Positions 12,423 to 24,878 of a stretch of DNA of 64,000 nt are shown here, piece after piece. The notes below the pieces were generated by a model, which saw nothing but the letters and a program-made list of their open reading frames with translations, ran no database searches and was not told the DNA's origin. The stretch comes from Strigamia acuminata. Taxonomy: Eukaryota. Within the stretch, counting starts at the first letter, position 1. Each line of letters opens with the position of its first letter. Made by a program: the position numbers and the translations under genes. The stretch spans positions 20,584,001 through 20,648,000 of the forward strand of contig OX442314.1 in the NCBI GenBank assembly GCA_949358305.1, given 5' to 3'.

Positions 12423-14189
12423 ATGGCTGCTAGAGGAATAATTCACGGTGGGAGAAGTCGTGTGAGCAGCAAGTTGTTGCAGAGTTTTAAAACGCTACAA
12501 CAATCACACAGACATGTCGCAGTCTGTATTGACCGTAAGTATATAGAGGAAAATAATAAGATGCAAAGTTTAACTAATTTTATTTCGTTTTCTAGCGTCA
12601 GTGGGACTATCCACGGAACAGAAACAGATTCAGCAAGTAGCAATAGATTTCGCCAAAAAGGAAATGATGCCCAATATGTCGAAATGGGATCAAGAGGTAT
12701 TCAACTTCTGAAATACAAAACAAATTTATGATGATATGGAGATACTCGGGTGTGATTACAGGAAATATTTCCTACAGATGTAATGAAAAAGGCGGCAGAG
12801 CTTGGTTTTGGCGGAATCTATACGAGTGAAACGTATGGAGGTAGTGGGCTGAGTAGATTAGATGCCTCGCTTATATTTGAAGCGCTTTCACAAGGCTGCG
12901 TGACCACGACAGCTTACATAAGTATACACAAGTAAATACAAACAAAAGTGAATTCATTCTAGAGCGTTATTCATTTTTATTCATTTTTCGTTATTTAGCA
13001 TGTGTGTTTGGATGTTGGATGAATTCGCATCCGAGCACTTGAAGAAAAAATGGATCCCCGAACTGGCTAAAATGGAAAAATTGGCATGTTATTGTCTAAC
13101 TGAACCAGGAAGTGGCAGTGATAGTGCTGCTTTAATAACATCTGCTAAAACAGACGGAGATCATTATATTATCAACGGTTCCAAAGTACAGCAGAAATAT
13201 TTAACATAAATTTCCTTGATTTAATATTTATTTTTTGTTATTATGTTGTAGGCTTTTATAAGTGGGGCAAGTGAATCTGATATTTACTTGGTAATGTGTA
13301 GGACGGGCAAACAAGGGCCGAAAGGAATTTCATGTATTCTTGTTGAAAATGGAACACCCGGGCTTAGTTTTGGCAAAGTAGAAAAGAAAGTAAGCGTAAA
13401 GTGATGCGAAATTGTGCCGTGGTAAAATTTATATATGTAATTAGCTAGGTTGGAACGCGCAGCCAACTAGAGCAGTAATTTTGGAAGATTGTAGAGTACC
13501 AGCGTCGAATGTCATAGGTGGTATAGGACAGGGATTTAATATTGCGATGAAGGGGTTGAATGGAGGCAGAATAAACATGGGTGGGGTTTTTGTTACTGTT
13601 TTTTATTTTCAATTTTACGATTCTTTTACATTCTATTTTATCTTTCTCAGCTTCCTGTTCCCTCGGTGGAGCCCAGGCTAGTTTAGAATTGGCTTTGGAT
13701 TACACTAAAATACGAAAGCAGTTTGGTAAATCAATTTCCGATTTTCAATACAACCAATTTCGATTAGCTCAAATGGCGACGAATTTGGTGGCTTCGAGGC
13801 TAATGGTGCGGAATGCAGCTATTGCGTTGCAAAATAAGGAACCGAATGCTGTGGAAATGTGCGCTATGGCCAAATATTTTGCCACTGAAAAATGTTCAGA
13901 GGTATATTTAGTTAAAGAAATTGTTATTTTTATTTCTTAGAATTTTATTGGATTATTGTTCATTATTATTAGATCGTGAATCAAGCTTTGCAACTTCATG
14001 GAGGCTATGGATACTTAAAAGAGTACAAAATTGAGCAGTATCTCCGTGATATTCGTGTACATCAGATATTAGAGGGTGAGTTTAAACTTAGAGACTGTTG
14101 TTTTAAGTCGAGTATTAATCTTGTTTTTGTGTTTAGGAACTAGTGAGGTCATGCAGATGATTATTGTCAGAGATCTTCTAAAAGATTGA
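12423..14189 (+). CDS. ACAD8: Isobutyryl-CoA dehydrogenase, mitochondrial (acyl-CoA dehydrogenase family member 8)
   Basis: Nine exons: 12423-12534, 12596-12696, 12762-12931, 12999-13185, 13252-13389, 13445-13580, 13651-13901, 13973-14075, 14137-14189. Arg/Ser-rich N-terminal presequence; [86 protein letters not shown]. Confidence 0.93.
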
Positions 14190-16908
14190 ATGTTTTGTAA
14201 AAAAAACTATATTGCAGTATTATTAAAGATATATTTGAAATAAATGTGTGGTTCTTTTTTATCACATAAATATTCTGATTAAATAAGAACCGGTACACGT
14301 TCAAATTGGCATTCAACGACTATGCAAAATATTTCCGGGGAAAGGCAGCTTTTGGCTGCACCCGTGCATCCTTCAGTTCGTTTATATTTCTGGGCAGCTG
14401 CACAGCTGTTTTTGATTTAGGATCGCTCAGGGAAAGTTAGCAGGCGAAATTCGGAAATGGATCCTATGGTCAACCGTCGACAAGCAGCAAGGAGGACATC
14501 GAGGATCAACGAAGCAACTTTGCGGATTTTTGTTCGTAATTTGTGTTTTAAATTGGTAATTTTTATTTTAAAAAAATTTTAGTTGATTTGTTTTGAATGT
14601 TAACTTTAGTTTGTATCTAAAATATTTCGCAAAAATTGCGGTGACTTGAGAAGAGTACTTTGTTATTTATGGTATTGGTTTTGACAGTTGAAATTTGTTA
14701 AAATAAAATTAATAAACACATTTGTTGAATAAACACATTTAATCTTGATACGGTATTTTTGTATTGTTACCTGAGAACGATCGTCCAAAAGGGGCTTCAC
14801 TGCAGTGTGTCAATTCACATCAAAATGGCAGCGACATGTTCTAATGAATATTCAACAATTTGATTATAAAATGATATTTTATTCGACAATAAAAAATAAT
14901 TAAGAAAAGTTGAATTAATTGACATTTGCTTAGCTTGCCGAAGCTTTTTATTCTAAGTCCAAACTCCAAACCTGAAAAAATTTGTCAGCAGTTCACTAAT
15001 GATTTTGGACTTAGCTTATTTTTGAAAAACGACTCAGCTTTCATGAAATTAAACTGTATTGAAAGGAAAATATACTTTATATACAATAAAAATGGCACAA
15101 ATATTTTCTTAAATTCTAAAAGCGCAAATAAAGTAACCTTGCGCCGAGTGCTTCACCTGCCGAGCCGGAAAAACTTCATGAAAATCTTTTGAAAAACAAA
15201 ACACCAAAAACTACGCAATCTCATTGGATTATCCAATCAAAACCTCCAGAAATCTCCAGGAAAAGCTCAACTACCAGCAGGCTGTCACCTAGTGATAAAA
15301 ATAATAACCAAAAAATTGACGCCCCGCAGTGAAGTACAAACCGCAAAAGCTCAGTCACCCACAAAAAAAACTTTTTATTTAAATTCCAATTTTTTTACGG
15401 AAAAAAATAAATCTACCGGAAATTCCGATTCCAATCATCCAACATCAACATCTTTTTTTAAACAAATTTCAAAATCCTAATAAAAATACAAATACCACAA
15501 ATAAACAAAAGAGGCACTCAATTCGCCTCTTTTTGTCAAACATTTTAAATTGAATAGGCTCAACTTGCCATTCAAAACTAATCTACCTCAAAGTGCTAGA
15601 CACTGAGAAAAAAAGAAACGAGAAAAAACACCTTATCAATTAAACCACACCAAATTACATCAAATGATTCATTGACGCACGATGTCCACGTGTATACGAC
15701 TCGTTTGGGAACTCTCATCTCAACCAAACAAATCTGTGCGCAATCTGAGAACAAACATTCTGTGAACTAACCAAAGGATGCACGGGAGAACCCGGCCCTC
15801 AATTGGAACACACCCCTGATAAAGCCGCCCTGCTCTAACAAGTAAGCTCGGCTCCCTATAGAAACATGAACGACCAAAAGAATGCACAGTTAAGCCCCGT
15901 CGGGCCCTCAACTGAAAGCATGTCTTTAAAGGAGTCGAATAGGCCCCCAAATCATGGACAAACACAATAAGCACAAAGATAACCGCTTCCCCTTGATTGG
16001 CAAAAGGATAAAGCGGGGGTCCCTTGGTGAGGGCTGTGTTCCAACCCATCCACACATTCACTGTACCGATCTCAGCATTACAGAAACCTGGGCTTGTCCT
16101 GTGGGCCCTGATAGCATACTTTCCATTCCTGATGTTACTCGGACAAAAACAGTTTTCCATTTCATACCGTTTGGCCACAGATTACAATTTCTTTACCTGC
16201 TATGTGATACTGAAATCCACCTCTAACATTCGTGAACTGCCTTTTACCTAACATACTGCCACAAACAACTTATTGTTCATATCCTATCAAATTATTGTCT
16301 GAAAAAAACAATTCGGATCATACCAAAGCGATGTTCGTTATACACCGTACTTGGCTTCAACAACCAAGCTATAAAACCCAAGAGGAATAGTTTGCACTTT
16401 GGAAAATAAAGAAATAAGTTTGCCGTTAGGGAAACCAATTTGAATCTGTACTCATGAGTTGGAAAGCCGGGGTTGATATGCACGAGTGGTGTTGATGGGT
16501 CAGTTTTGGATCTGTAATTCATTTTGCCCGTGTGGCTAGTAAATATGCACATTTTGATGCCAGATTCCGTTTTGATACTTGGGACTAAACTATTTGTATG
16601 TACTCTGTATACAGCAAACAACATGTATTTTAGTTGTGATTGAATGTAATCCTGTGCATGAGTAGTGACTACACATCCATTACAAACGGTAAGTATTTTG
16701 CTCGAGTGAAACAAACTTATGTTGCATTTGAAAGTTTTTACTGAAATAAAAATAAAATTCGTACAACAACTTTAGTTTTAAAGATATTCTATCAATTACT
16801 TAGGAAGTAAAAAAAAAAATAGTGTCAGGATAATACAATGAAACGACTAAATCGTGAAATGACAAATTCAAACAATTATAAAACTTATTACAAAAATTCA
16901 ATTTTATT

Positions 16909-19900
16909 TTATCGAACTCTCTTTTGCTGCCGACTTCTGTAAAGGTCAAACGCTGGCGGGGCAGATAAACTTTCATCATCGTCACTGTCAACTCCAGCAG
17001 TTTTCCGTTTTCGGGATCCAAACTCACTCATAGTCGTCAACTGATCCAAATATTTGCTATCTTTTTCAACTCCGTTTTCAGATGGCTTTGGTGCTAGACA
17101 CAATTTAATTTTCAATAAAATTCTGTAAATAAAGCGAAATATCTAACTTACGATCATCAGGTAATTTACACTTATTGAACACATCGATCAGCTGATCGAT
17201 AGAAACGAAGGGACCCTAAACATACAAAGAAAGTAATTTTACATCTGGCAGCAGTCAACAATTTAAAAAAAGTAATAATAATTACGTGAAAACAAATTGG
17301 TGGAGGTAACATTGTGAGCAAATGTGCAGCTTCCGGAGGTAGTGGGAAAACGCCACCCGGTATTGGATGAGAACCAGCAGCTAAAACAAAAATTATTAAA
17401 TTTATTTCTAATGAATACAACACAAATACGATACAATCCTTACAATAGATCTGCTTCGGTTTGAATGGAATCATTTGTGTCGTGTCTGGTTTTGGATACT
17501 TTGGAAGATACTCGGAGTCATCAAAAATTGGTTCCCGTTTCACAGAAACTATTGTTGGTAATGAGTTTAGTTGCTGTTTGGATAATTCCTTCGAATAATA
17601 ATATAAATATGTAAAAAAAAAAAAAGGTTCTATACAGTGCATGATGCCGTGATTGTTTTTACCTTATAACCAATTGCTTTTAGTTCTCCCATCGTGCATG
17701 GATACAAATCCATATATTTATACCTGTCTACTAACAACGCCGTTTCTTTGCCTTCGAATTCTTGTAACTGCAATTATACAATATTTAAAATCATTTTTTT
17801 ACTTCAGCATTAAAAAATTACATACTTTATCAATTACTGATGCTCGTCTCTTCTCAACTTTTAAAACACTCGATAAATCGCCAATATTGGACTCAAATTC
17901 TAAAAATCTATTCCAGATGTCTCTACAAATTTATTTATTAATTATAGTAAACGTTCCAGACGGAATACAAGTAATAACTTACACTGATTTATGAGGAGGA
18001 AGGCTCCCAGAAGTAAGAACCCGCTCAAACAACACCCTTGTGTTGTTGTCCTCATTTAAATGCGATAAAAAATCAATGTATGCCAAAATGTAATTTGGAT
18101 TATCGGCATATTTTTTAAAACCTAATTCGAAAATCCTGATAGCTACATTCTTATCTTTGCTACAATAATATTCCATCAAAGATGCGGCTACATAAATGTG
18201 ATGGTTGGATCGAATATCTTCCCGCGCTTTCTTGAAAACAGATCTTGCGGATTTGATGCCTTCGGCTCGCCTAGCAAACTTCATATACTGGATGTACGCC
18301 TAAATTTTAAAACAAATTATAGCATCAAACATTATATCCCAAAACGTGATTGATCTCACCAAGGTAGGATCACAGTCCACAATTTCTGCAAACTTGTTGT
18401 AAATTTGATGAACTTTATCATATTTCATTCTTCCTTCTTCGAAATCAGCGTAGGCAAAATATAATAACATGTTTTTTTGTAGCATTGAGTTAGTTGCTCG
18501 TTCGTATATAGTTGCAGCTTCTTCGCTAAACATTTTACCAGCGCTTACATCCTTAAAATAAATAATAAAAGCATTAGTTCCTATAGTGTCGTGACCCAAA
18601 ACGAACCCTTGTCGTAGCTACCCCTTTTTCCGTTAACAATTTACTCGATTGTTCTAAGAAAAGCGCTGCTTCGTACCATATGTCAGGATGATGACCCAAA
18701 CACAGCAAACATTGCTCGTAAGCAAACATTACTAAAATCAGACAAAAATTTGATTTAACATTTATCAAAAATCAAAATTTCAAACGAACCTCTTTTGGTT
18801 ATCATAGCATGATCTTCAGTGCGCAAAGGATTATTTTTTTCCCACGCGATATATTTTTTCCATAACTCCACTTGCTTAGCTTCCTCCGGGCTATTCTGCG
18901 GTGGAATTGAGGGTGCATTTCGGTTAAGACCACGAGTAACGGCTTCGTACTCTTTGGCCACACGCCTGGCATTCATGTAATCGCGACTTCGGTCGGCAAT
19001 CATCTTGTCCGCCAAAATTGTGTTTATACTCTTAAAAAAAAAAAAAAAAAAAAAATTCGTATTTGAAACGAGTATAATCACAAACAGAACTACCTGTTCG
19101 TATAAAATATATTCTTTCCACAGTTGTTCGATGTTTATCATCGGATTAACGCATCCACGTTGATACACTTTTCGCACAGCAGTTATACGCTGGTTTTCGG
19201 CGTATGAACCCACAGCTTCCCTAAATAGCAAAAATTGAAACAACAAAAATTAGTCGAATACATTTGCTCGTCTAGGAATCATTGAGAGACTTACACTCCT
19301 TTTAAAAAACCAATGTAGTCGCTCCAAATCTGATACGACATTATGTCCATTCCCATTTTGTCCAAAGCAAAATCGTAAGCCTGTGCCATCTTTTCACTAA
19401 ATATAATTTACATAAATATGTATACATTTTATACAAATATTGTTTGTAAAAGTTTTGTAATGTGCGTGTGAAAATAATAGCGTACCGATATGTGGGTAAG
19501 GAGCCTTTGGTATCTTTGACATATGTGAGATAACATTTCCAGAGATCTATATTTAACACTTTCATAAGACACCTTTGAAACAACTGAAATAAATAAATAA
19601 AACAAGATGGAAAACAAAATCACAGGTACCGACATTAAAATAATCAACAGCAAAGTGGCCAAATGTTTTTAATTCTCCACATTTTTTTTCTTTCTTTTAA
19701 TTCTGTTGTGATGATAGAAATAAGAAATAACCACAACAAAATTAGTTTATTAATTTGTTTCTTTTTATATTTAAAAAGGAAATAAAATAGAGACAAATAA
19801 TTTAAATACTATTTTTATTAATCTTTTACGATTAAAAAAATAAAAAATAAAAATAAAAATTGTTGTTTTGTATGTTGGCCACATTCATATAAAGGAAAAC

Positions 19901-21541
19901 TTGATTTTATGCCCCGAATAAATGACACATCACTCAAGAAAATGACCACACACAAATTACTCAACTTAAATGATGTTTTTATTGATTTTTGTAAGAAAAA
20001 AAAAACGTTTAGTGCAACACTTGCATTTAATTTTACATACCTTTTCTACTCTTTCAAAGTTCCTAGCCTTTATCTGTAATAAAACATTCAAGTTCGTCAA
20101 ATAACACAAATTAAATTCAAAATAAATGATAAAAAAAAGTCCAACTGCGACTGGAAAACAACGTTTCAATTCAACCGTCTTCAACAACAATAACAACTCA
20201 ACTATTCATTGAAGATTAATCAGTTATTAAAACGTTCTTTTTCAGTTTTTATATTCAACAATTTGTATACACAATTTAAAATTAAAATAGAATAATAATA
20301 AATATATAACTGAACGATGATTTATACCTCCTACGTGTTTCCCTATTTCACACACATCTTTAAAGTAGTATTCACGTAATTGAATTTTTTAAATTTAATA
20401 TCAATTTTGATGTTTTTAAAATTTACCATCACGTCGATTAATATTTTCCATTTGACTATGTGAATACTTAACTTTCATACACATTTAAAACATTTTTACA
20501 GTGCAAATCATTGGTTGCCGTTTCTTTTTCTTAACGATGTTTTCTGTCTTACTTTTCTCAATTTTTATATTTCGTTTCAGCTGCATACAATTCAAAAAGA
20601 CTAGGAAATAATTTTTTTTTAAATGAATTAACACAAATTGCCAGACATCTTTTAATATCGTATCAGCAGCAACCACTGACCCACACAAGCATACGCACAC
20701 ATGTTCACATTCACACCTAAAAACTAAAGAATAAAACAGGACTCAAAAATTGAGACCACACACAGCCTAAAACATTTTCCTGACTTGTTTTGTGGAACTT
20801 TTTTTATTCTCTCAAATGACTAAATTTATCATCATTTGTTTGTAATTACAAACCATAACATCTCGTACAGAATATCATTCCACAGGAATGGCTAAATGTA
20901 CAATTACATCACTACCTAAATGTATAAATACCTATTTCAATGTCAAAAATAAAAATAAAATAATAAAAATAAATAAATAAAAATAAATTTGAAAAATGAA
21001 TAAAAATAAATAAATAAATAAATAAATTCATAAGGCAAGGTAATTTAAAGAATTATTTAAGGAAGTGGTCTCGAATTGGAAGGCGAAACACATAAATTGG
21101 TTTAATTTGTGGGGAAAATATCGTTACAGTTATTAACTGTGAGCTAAATAATACAACACCTCCTGTTCAATGTACAATTTCCAGTAGCGGCCTGAATTCG
21201 GGAACTGCGATACCAACTTCTCATACAACGGGCGAGCATCTTCGGGTTTTTTTGTCTGAAAATTTGTAAGAAAAACAAATGTGAACAATTTGTAACGGCA
21301 TTCAATCGAGTTTTAAACTAAATACTTGAGCATCTCTGATTATCATACTCCACGCATCGACATCGTAAGGGTTTTCTTCTAATCGTTTTTCAGCTTTTTT
21401 CAATTTATCGGGTAAGTAGCTTTGCTCCTGTAAAAACGATTTTATTTTCATTGTCAACGGAAAATGGCGTCGACCACATTTGTTCTTTCTTTATATTCGA
21501 CTACCGCGATATTCACAACATACCTGTTGAGACGACGCCAT
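16909..21541 (-). CDS. CSTF3: Cleavage stimulation factor 77 kDa subunit (CstF-77 / suppressor of forked), ~17 exons
   Basis: Exons include 21541-21524 (MASSQQ), 21427-21326 (..[17 protein letters not shown]), 21255-21159 ([15 protein letters not shown]), 20073-20041 ([11 protein letters not shown]) and 19583-19486 ([19 protein letters not shown]). HAT-repeat exons follow ([38 protein letters not shown]), then a Pro-rich region [20 protein letters not shown] and the C-terminus [12 protein letters not shown]. Confidence 0.96.
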
Positions 21542-22153
21542 GTTTCTCATGAAAAGAAATGGATCAGATGAAATATTCAACGGCTAGCAGTTTAAAATCT
21601 TTTTAGAATCATAGAAGGCCAATTCGCAAACAAGCAGAATCGAGTCTCGGATCCAACCGTTAACGACACATTATACCAGCTAGTGACAGACCGATGCAGA
21701 ATGCTAACTTGCGCCCTCTGGATGTCTACATCCCAAACTTCATGCAACTGCATGATCCATCCAACCATGCATTCCGCATATGTTTTCAAAATAAGCTTTT
21801 GCGTTTGTTTACTGTGTATTTATTTAGTTTAGAATTTCACGTTTTTCACGTTTGGTTCAGTCCATGACAATATGCTATCACTTTTTCTGCCTAATTTTAT
21901 TGTTGCAGAAATTACTATATGTATAATAAATTAAAAACTTCTTACAAATTATTTCAAATAAAAATAAAAATAGAAACAAATTGCTTTATTAGGGTCTGGA
22001 ATAAAATTAAATATCATTCTTAAATTAATGATTCAAAATATTCATTCTTTTCCGGGTTAGGGTCACAGGTAACTTTAATGTCATTATCTCTCAAGCTTGA
22101 AGACCCAGTGACTGTCCACTGCATCTGCTGCACATTCTCCACACTGGAGTAAA

Positions 22154-23885
22154 ATGAAAGCAGCAAAACTTTTCCTGCTTCTAAGCTTTCTAGCAACAGC
22201 AACAGTAACGGCCAAATTGGCAAAAAGCACCAAAAAACAAAGACGTAAGTAAGAACTGATGAAATTAAATTTTCAGTGAATATTTGATCGTTATAGTAAT
22301 GAACCTCCTCTCAATGGTCCGGTTCAACAACGAACTTTGTTCCGGAACTGACGGCAGGTTTGGGAGTTGCATCCCAATCACACAATGTACTCAAACTGGA
22401 GGGGTCGCCAATGGGAGATGCGCCGATGGGTTTGGCGTTTGCTGCAATAGTGAGTAAATTATTATTATTATTATTATATATTTAAAAAAATCAAATTGTA
22501 ACTCTAGTGGAAGCTAGTTGTGGAGCGGAGATCCGGATAAACAACACTCATTTTGCAAGCCCCGGTTACCCAGGGTTTGTGACGCGCTCAGTTTCATGCC
22601 AGGTGACCGTGCACCGATTGAGCAGTAACATCTGTCAGATACGCTTGGACCTTGAAATTTTCAGTCTGAGTACCACCTTCAACGGAGGATGTAATATCGA
22701 CTCACTTCACGTGTCGGGACAACAAAACAGCCAAGAAATACCAACAATATGTGGTTTAAACGATGGACAACATAGTTAGTTACAGTTACTCTACACAAAA
22801 AAAAATAATAAAATACAATATACAATTCTTTTCCTTTAGTGTACATACACTTATCTCAAGAAAACTCAAACCCCATCATCTTAATGATGACAACGACGGG
22901 TGGACATAACAAAAGATGGAAAATTCGAGTTTCGCAGATTGAATGCGGCAGTTTATCAGCAGGTTACACTTACAAGTTAATGGCCAATTTCTTTCCAGGC
23001 CTATGCCTATGCCGTCAAGTGTTGACCTCTGCAGCTGTCAAAGTAGAAAAATTATCTTAGTAAAAGCAAATTGATGGCTGGAGGTGCAACTTTGGCGGCA
23101 CAACGTGCAAAAGTCAAGTAACCGATTCATTCACGTTTCAGCACCCAGTAATTGCCTTCAGTATTTTGTTGGAAACACCGGAACATTCCGATCTTTCAAT
23201 TTCGATTCGCCGGTACCGGATCCAGCTGGAGGGCAAGCGAATTACATGAACGGGATGAATTACGCCATCTGCATTCGACGCGAAGCTGGTTTCTGTGGCG
23301 TGCAGTTTAAACCGGGAGAAAACATCCAAGGTGCTTTCGATCTTGATCCGGGCACTGGCGTCGACGACTTGAGTGCGAGCGACGCATTCTGCACGCACGA
23401 TGCTCTCGTCATTCCTGCCGCAGCCAACGCGGGTGAACACGGTCTTCCCATACTCCAAGACCCGACTGCGAGCAAGTTTTGTGGATTACGACTCAACGCT
23501 ATACCGAATAGTCAAAGAGCGGACAACTTTGGGGTCATAAGTATAACGACATAAATATTTTATTATATATTACTTTTTTAAAAATTATAAATTAGTTTTG
23601 CGAAAACATTGCGAAAATTGTAAACCTTTTGTTCGTGTTTCAGCCACGTTGCCCGGATCGATCCAAGTGTTTTTCAACACGGACGCAAACCCACCAGCTC
23701 CACACAGATACGACAGAGGTTTTCACCTTCGGTTTCAACAACGTCCTTGTACCTTTTTACACACTATGAGTCGTCAACCACAGCCCGACCCGTTAGCTGT
23801 TTTGAGCTATACAATCAATCAACTTAAAATACGTTCGCGATTGTCCAAATTGACTCCACATTTTTACAGAAAACCGCACTATTAA
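22154..23885 (+). CDS. Secreted cysteine-rich CUB-domain protein (arthropod-type, GFGVCC family)
   Basis: Exons 22154-22244 (signal-peptide-like MKAAKLFLLLSFLATATVTA), 22297-22449 (RFNNELC..C..C..GG..G.CADGFGVCC), 22508-22774 (NNTHFASPGYP, ICQIRLDLE, PTICGLNDGQH), 22840-22962 (WKIRVSQIEC), 23142-23540 (APSNCLQYF, YAICIRREAGFC), 23644-23885 (RGFHLRFQQRPC). Confidence 0.85.
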
Positions 23886-23952
23886 GTAAGATCAACAACA
23901 TCGATACACACAGAAAGCGAGTTATTATTTTCAAGTGACTAGAAGTTGTTGG

Positions 23953-24878
23953 TTAGCCAGTCGTCCACACAAACGGTTCTAGCTGCTCCCCCGGTGGTAG
24001 CATTGCATTTAACGTTTCCATGCTTTCCATCGTTTGCTTTAATGTCATGTTGCAGCGTTTCAAGGTGCTAGATATTTCGTGAACTTTGCTTAATTTTTCT
24101 GCATATTTAGCAAACTTTTTTTGCCTTTCTGTTAACAGGTTTGTAAGCGTAGAAATTACAAAGTCAATCTGTAAAATTCACCCAAGAAAATATTGTATTA
24201 AATAATATAAATAAGAGAAGTTTACAAAATTCTGTTTCTCTACCTCACGCACTCTGGTTGCCAGTGTATTTTGATCGGTCGAAACTACCTCGGCACACTG
24301 TTTTAAATGCTCTTGATACCGAGAACAAACGTTTAAAATACTTCCATAATCTAATTTATCTAACACGTCAACATCTGTCATGGTAGGAATATTCAACGCC
24401 CCTCTCATAATTGGCAAAAATGTTGGAATTGTCTGAAAAAAAAAAATGAAAAAAATAGTTTTAAAAAATAAAACCAAACTGCGATTGTTATTACTTGCAG
24501 CCGACATAATTCCGAGTCATTTTCAGTTGATTCTTCGGGTTGATTTGCTTCCTGTACGACGACAATATCATGTCCTGTCATTGACCGTGGACGTTGCGGC
24601 TTTGGGGATTTTCTGGGTGAAGGCGTCGCTGATCGTAACGTCGCGTGCATATGTTTGGATTGCAATTTCGGAGAATCTAGTATAAAATGCACCGATGATG
24701 GTAATAAAATTTATATAATATATAAACAAAATAGAGTAGAAATACCTCCAATGGGTCTGTTGACAGTATAGGACACGTAAGGTATATCGTCCGACCCAAT
24801 AGATGGACGTGGTGAAGTTTGTTTTTGCTTACTGGTGGAAGGAGTAGCTCCTTGTTGATTACTTTGTTCGGAACCCAT
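23953..24878 (-). CDS. BORCS5: BLOC-1-related complex subunit 5 (myrlysin / LOH12CR1)
   Basis: Exons 24878-24746, 24676-24495, 24432-24244, 24168-23953. N-myristoylation-type start MGSEQS; DIPYVSYTVNRPIG, DIVVV, IPTFLPIMRG, RYQEHLKQCAEVVSTDQN, C-terminus LEPFVWTTG*. Confidence 0.9.

Noticed and set aside
14786..14840. AAAAGGGGCTTC resembling the U11 snRNA 5' end
   Set aside because: The similarity ends after ~12 nt, and no U11 stem-loops or properly placed Sm site follow.
15760..16260. Telomerase RNA template candidates (CTAACC ~15767, ACCTAAC ~16246)
   Set aside because: Only 6-7 nt, expected by chance, and no supporting pseudoknot or box motifs were identified.
15720..16714. ORFs of 152, 90, 75 and 140 aa as protein-coding genes
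   Set aside because: They overlap on both strands, mostly start at non-ATG codons, and show no recognisable motif or splice-consistent gene model. Kept only as an unexplained region.
20946..21027. (AAAT)n tract as an independent element, and the similar (TATT)n at ~7019-7050
   Set aside because: Ordinary low-complexity microsatellites. The first is noted only as a possible U-rich upstream element of the CSTF3 intronic poly(A) site.
21767..21830. Alternative signal-peptide-like start for the CUB gene (MHSAYVFKISFCVCLLCIYL)
   Set aside because: I found no in-frame splice path to the downstream exons. The ATG at 22154 gives a clean signal peptide and donor.
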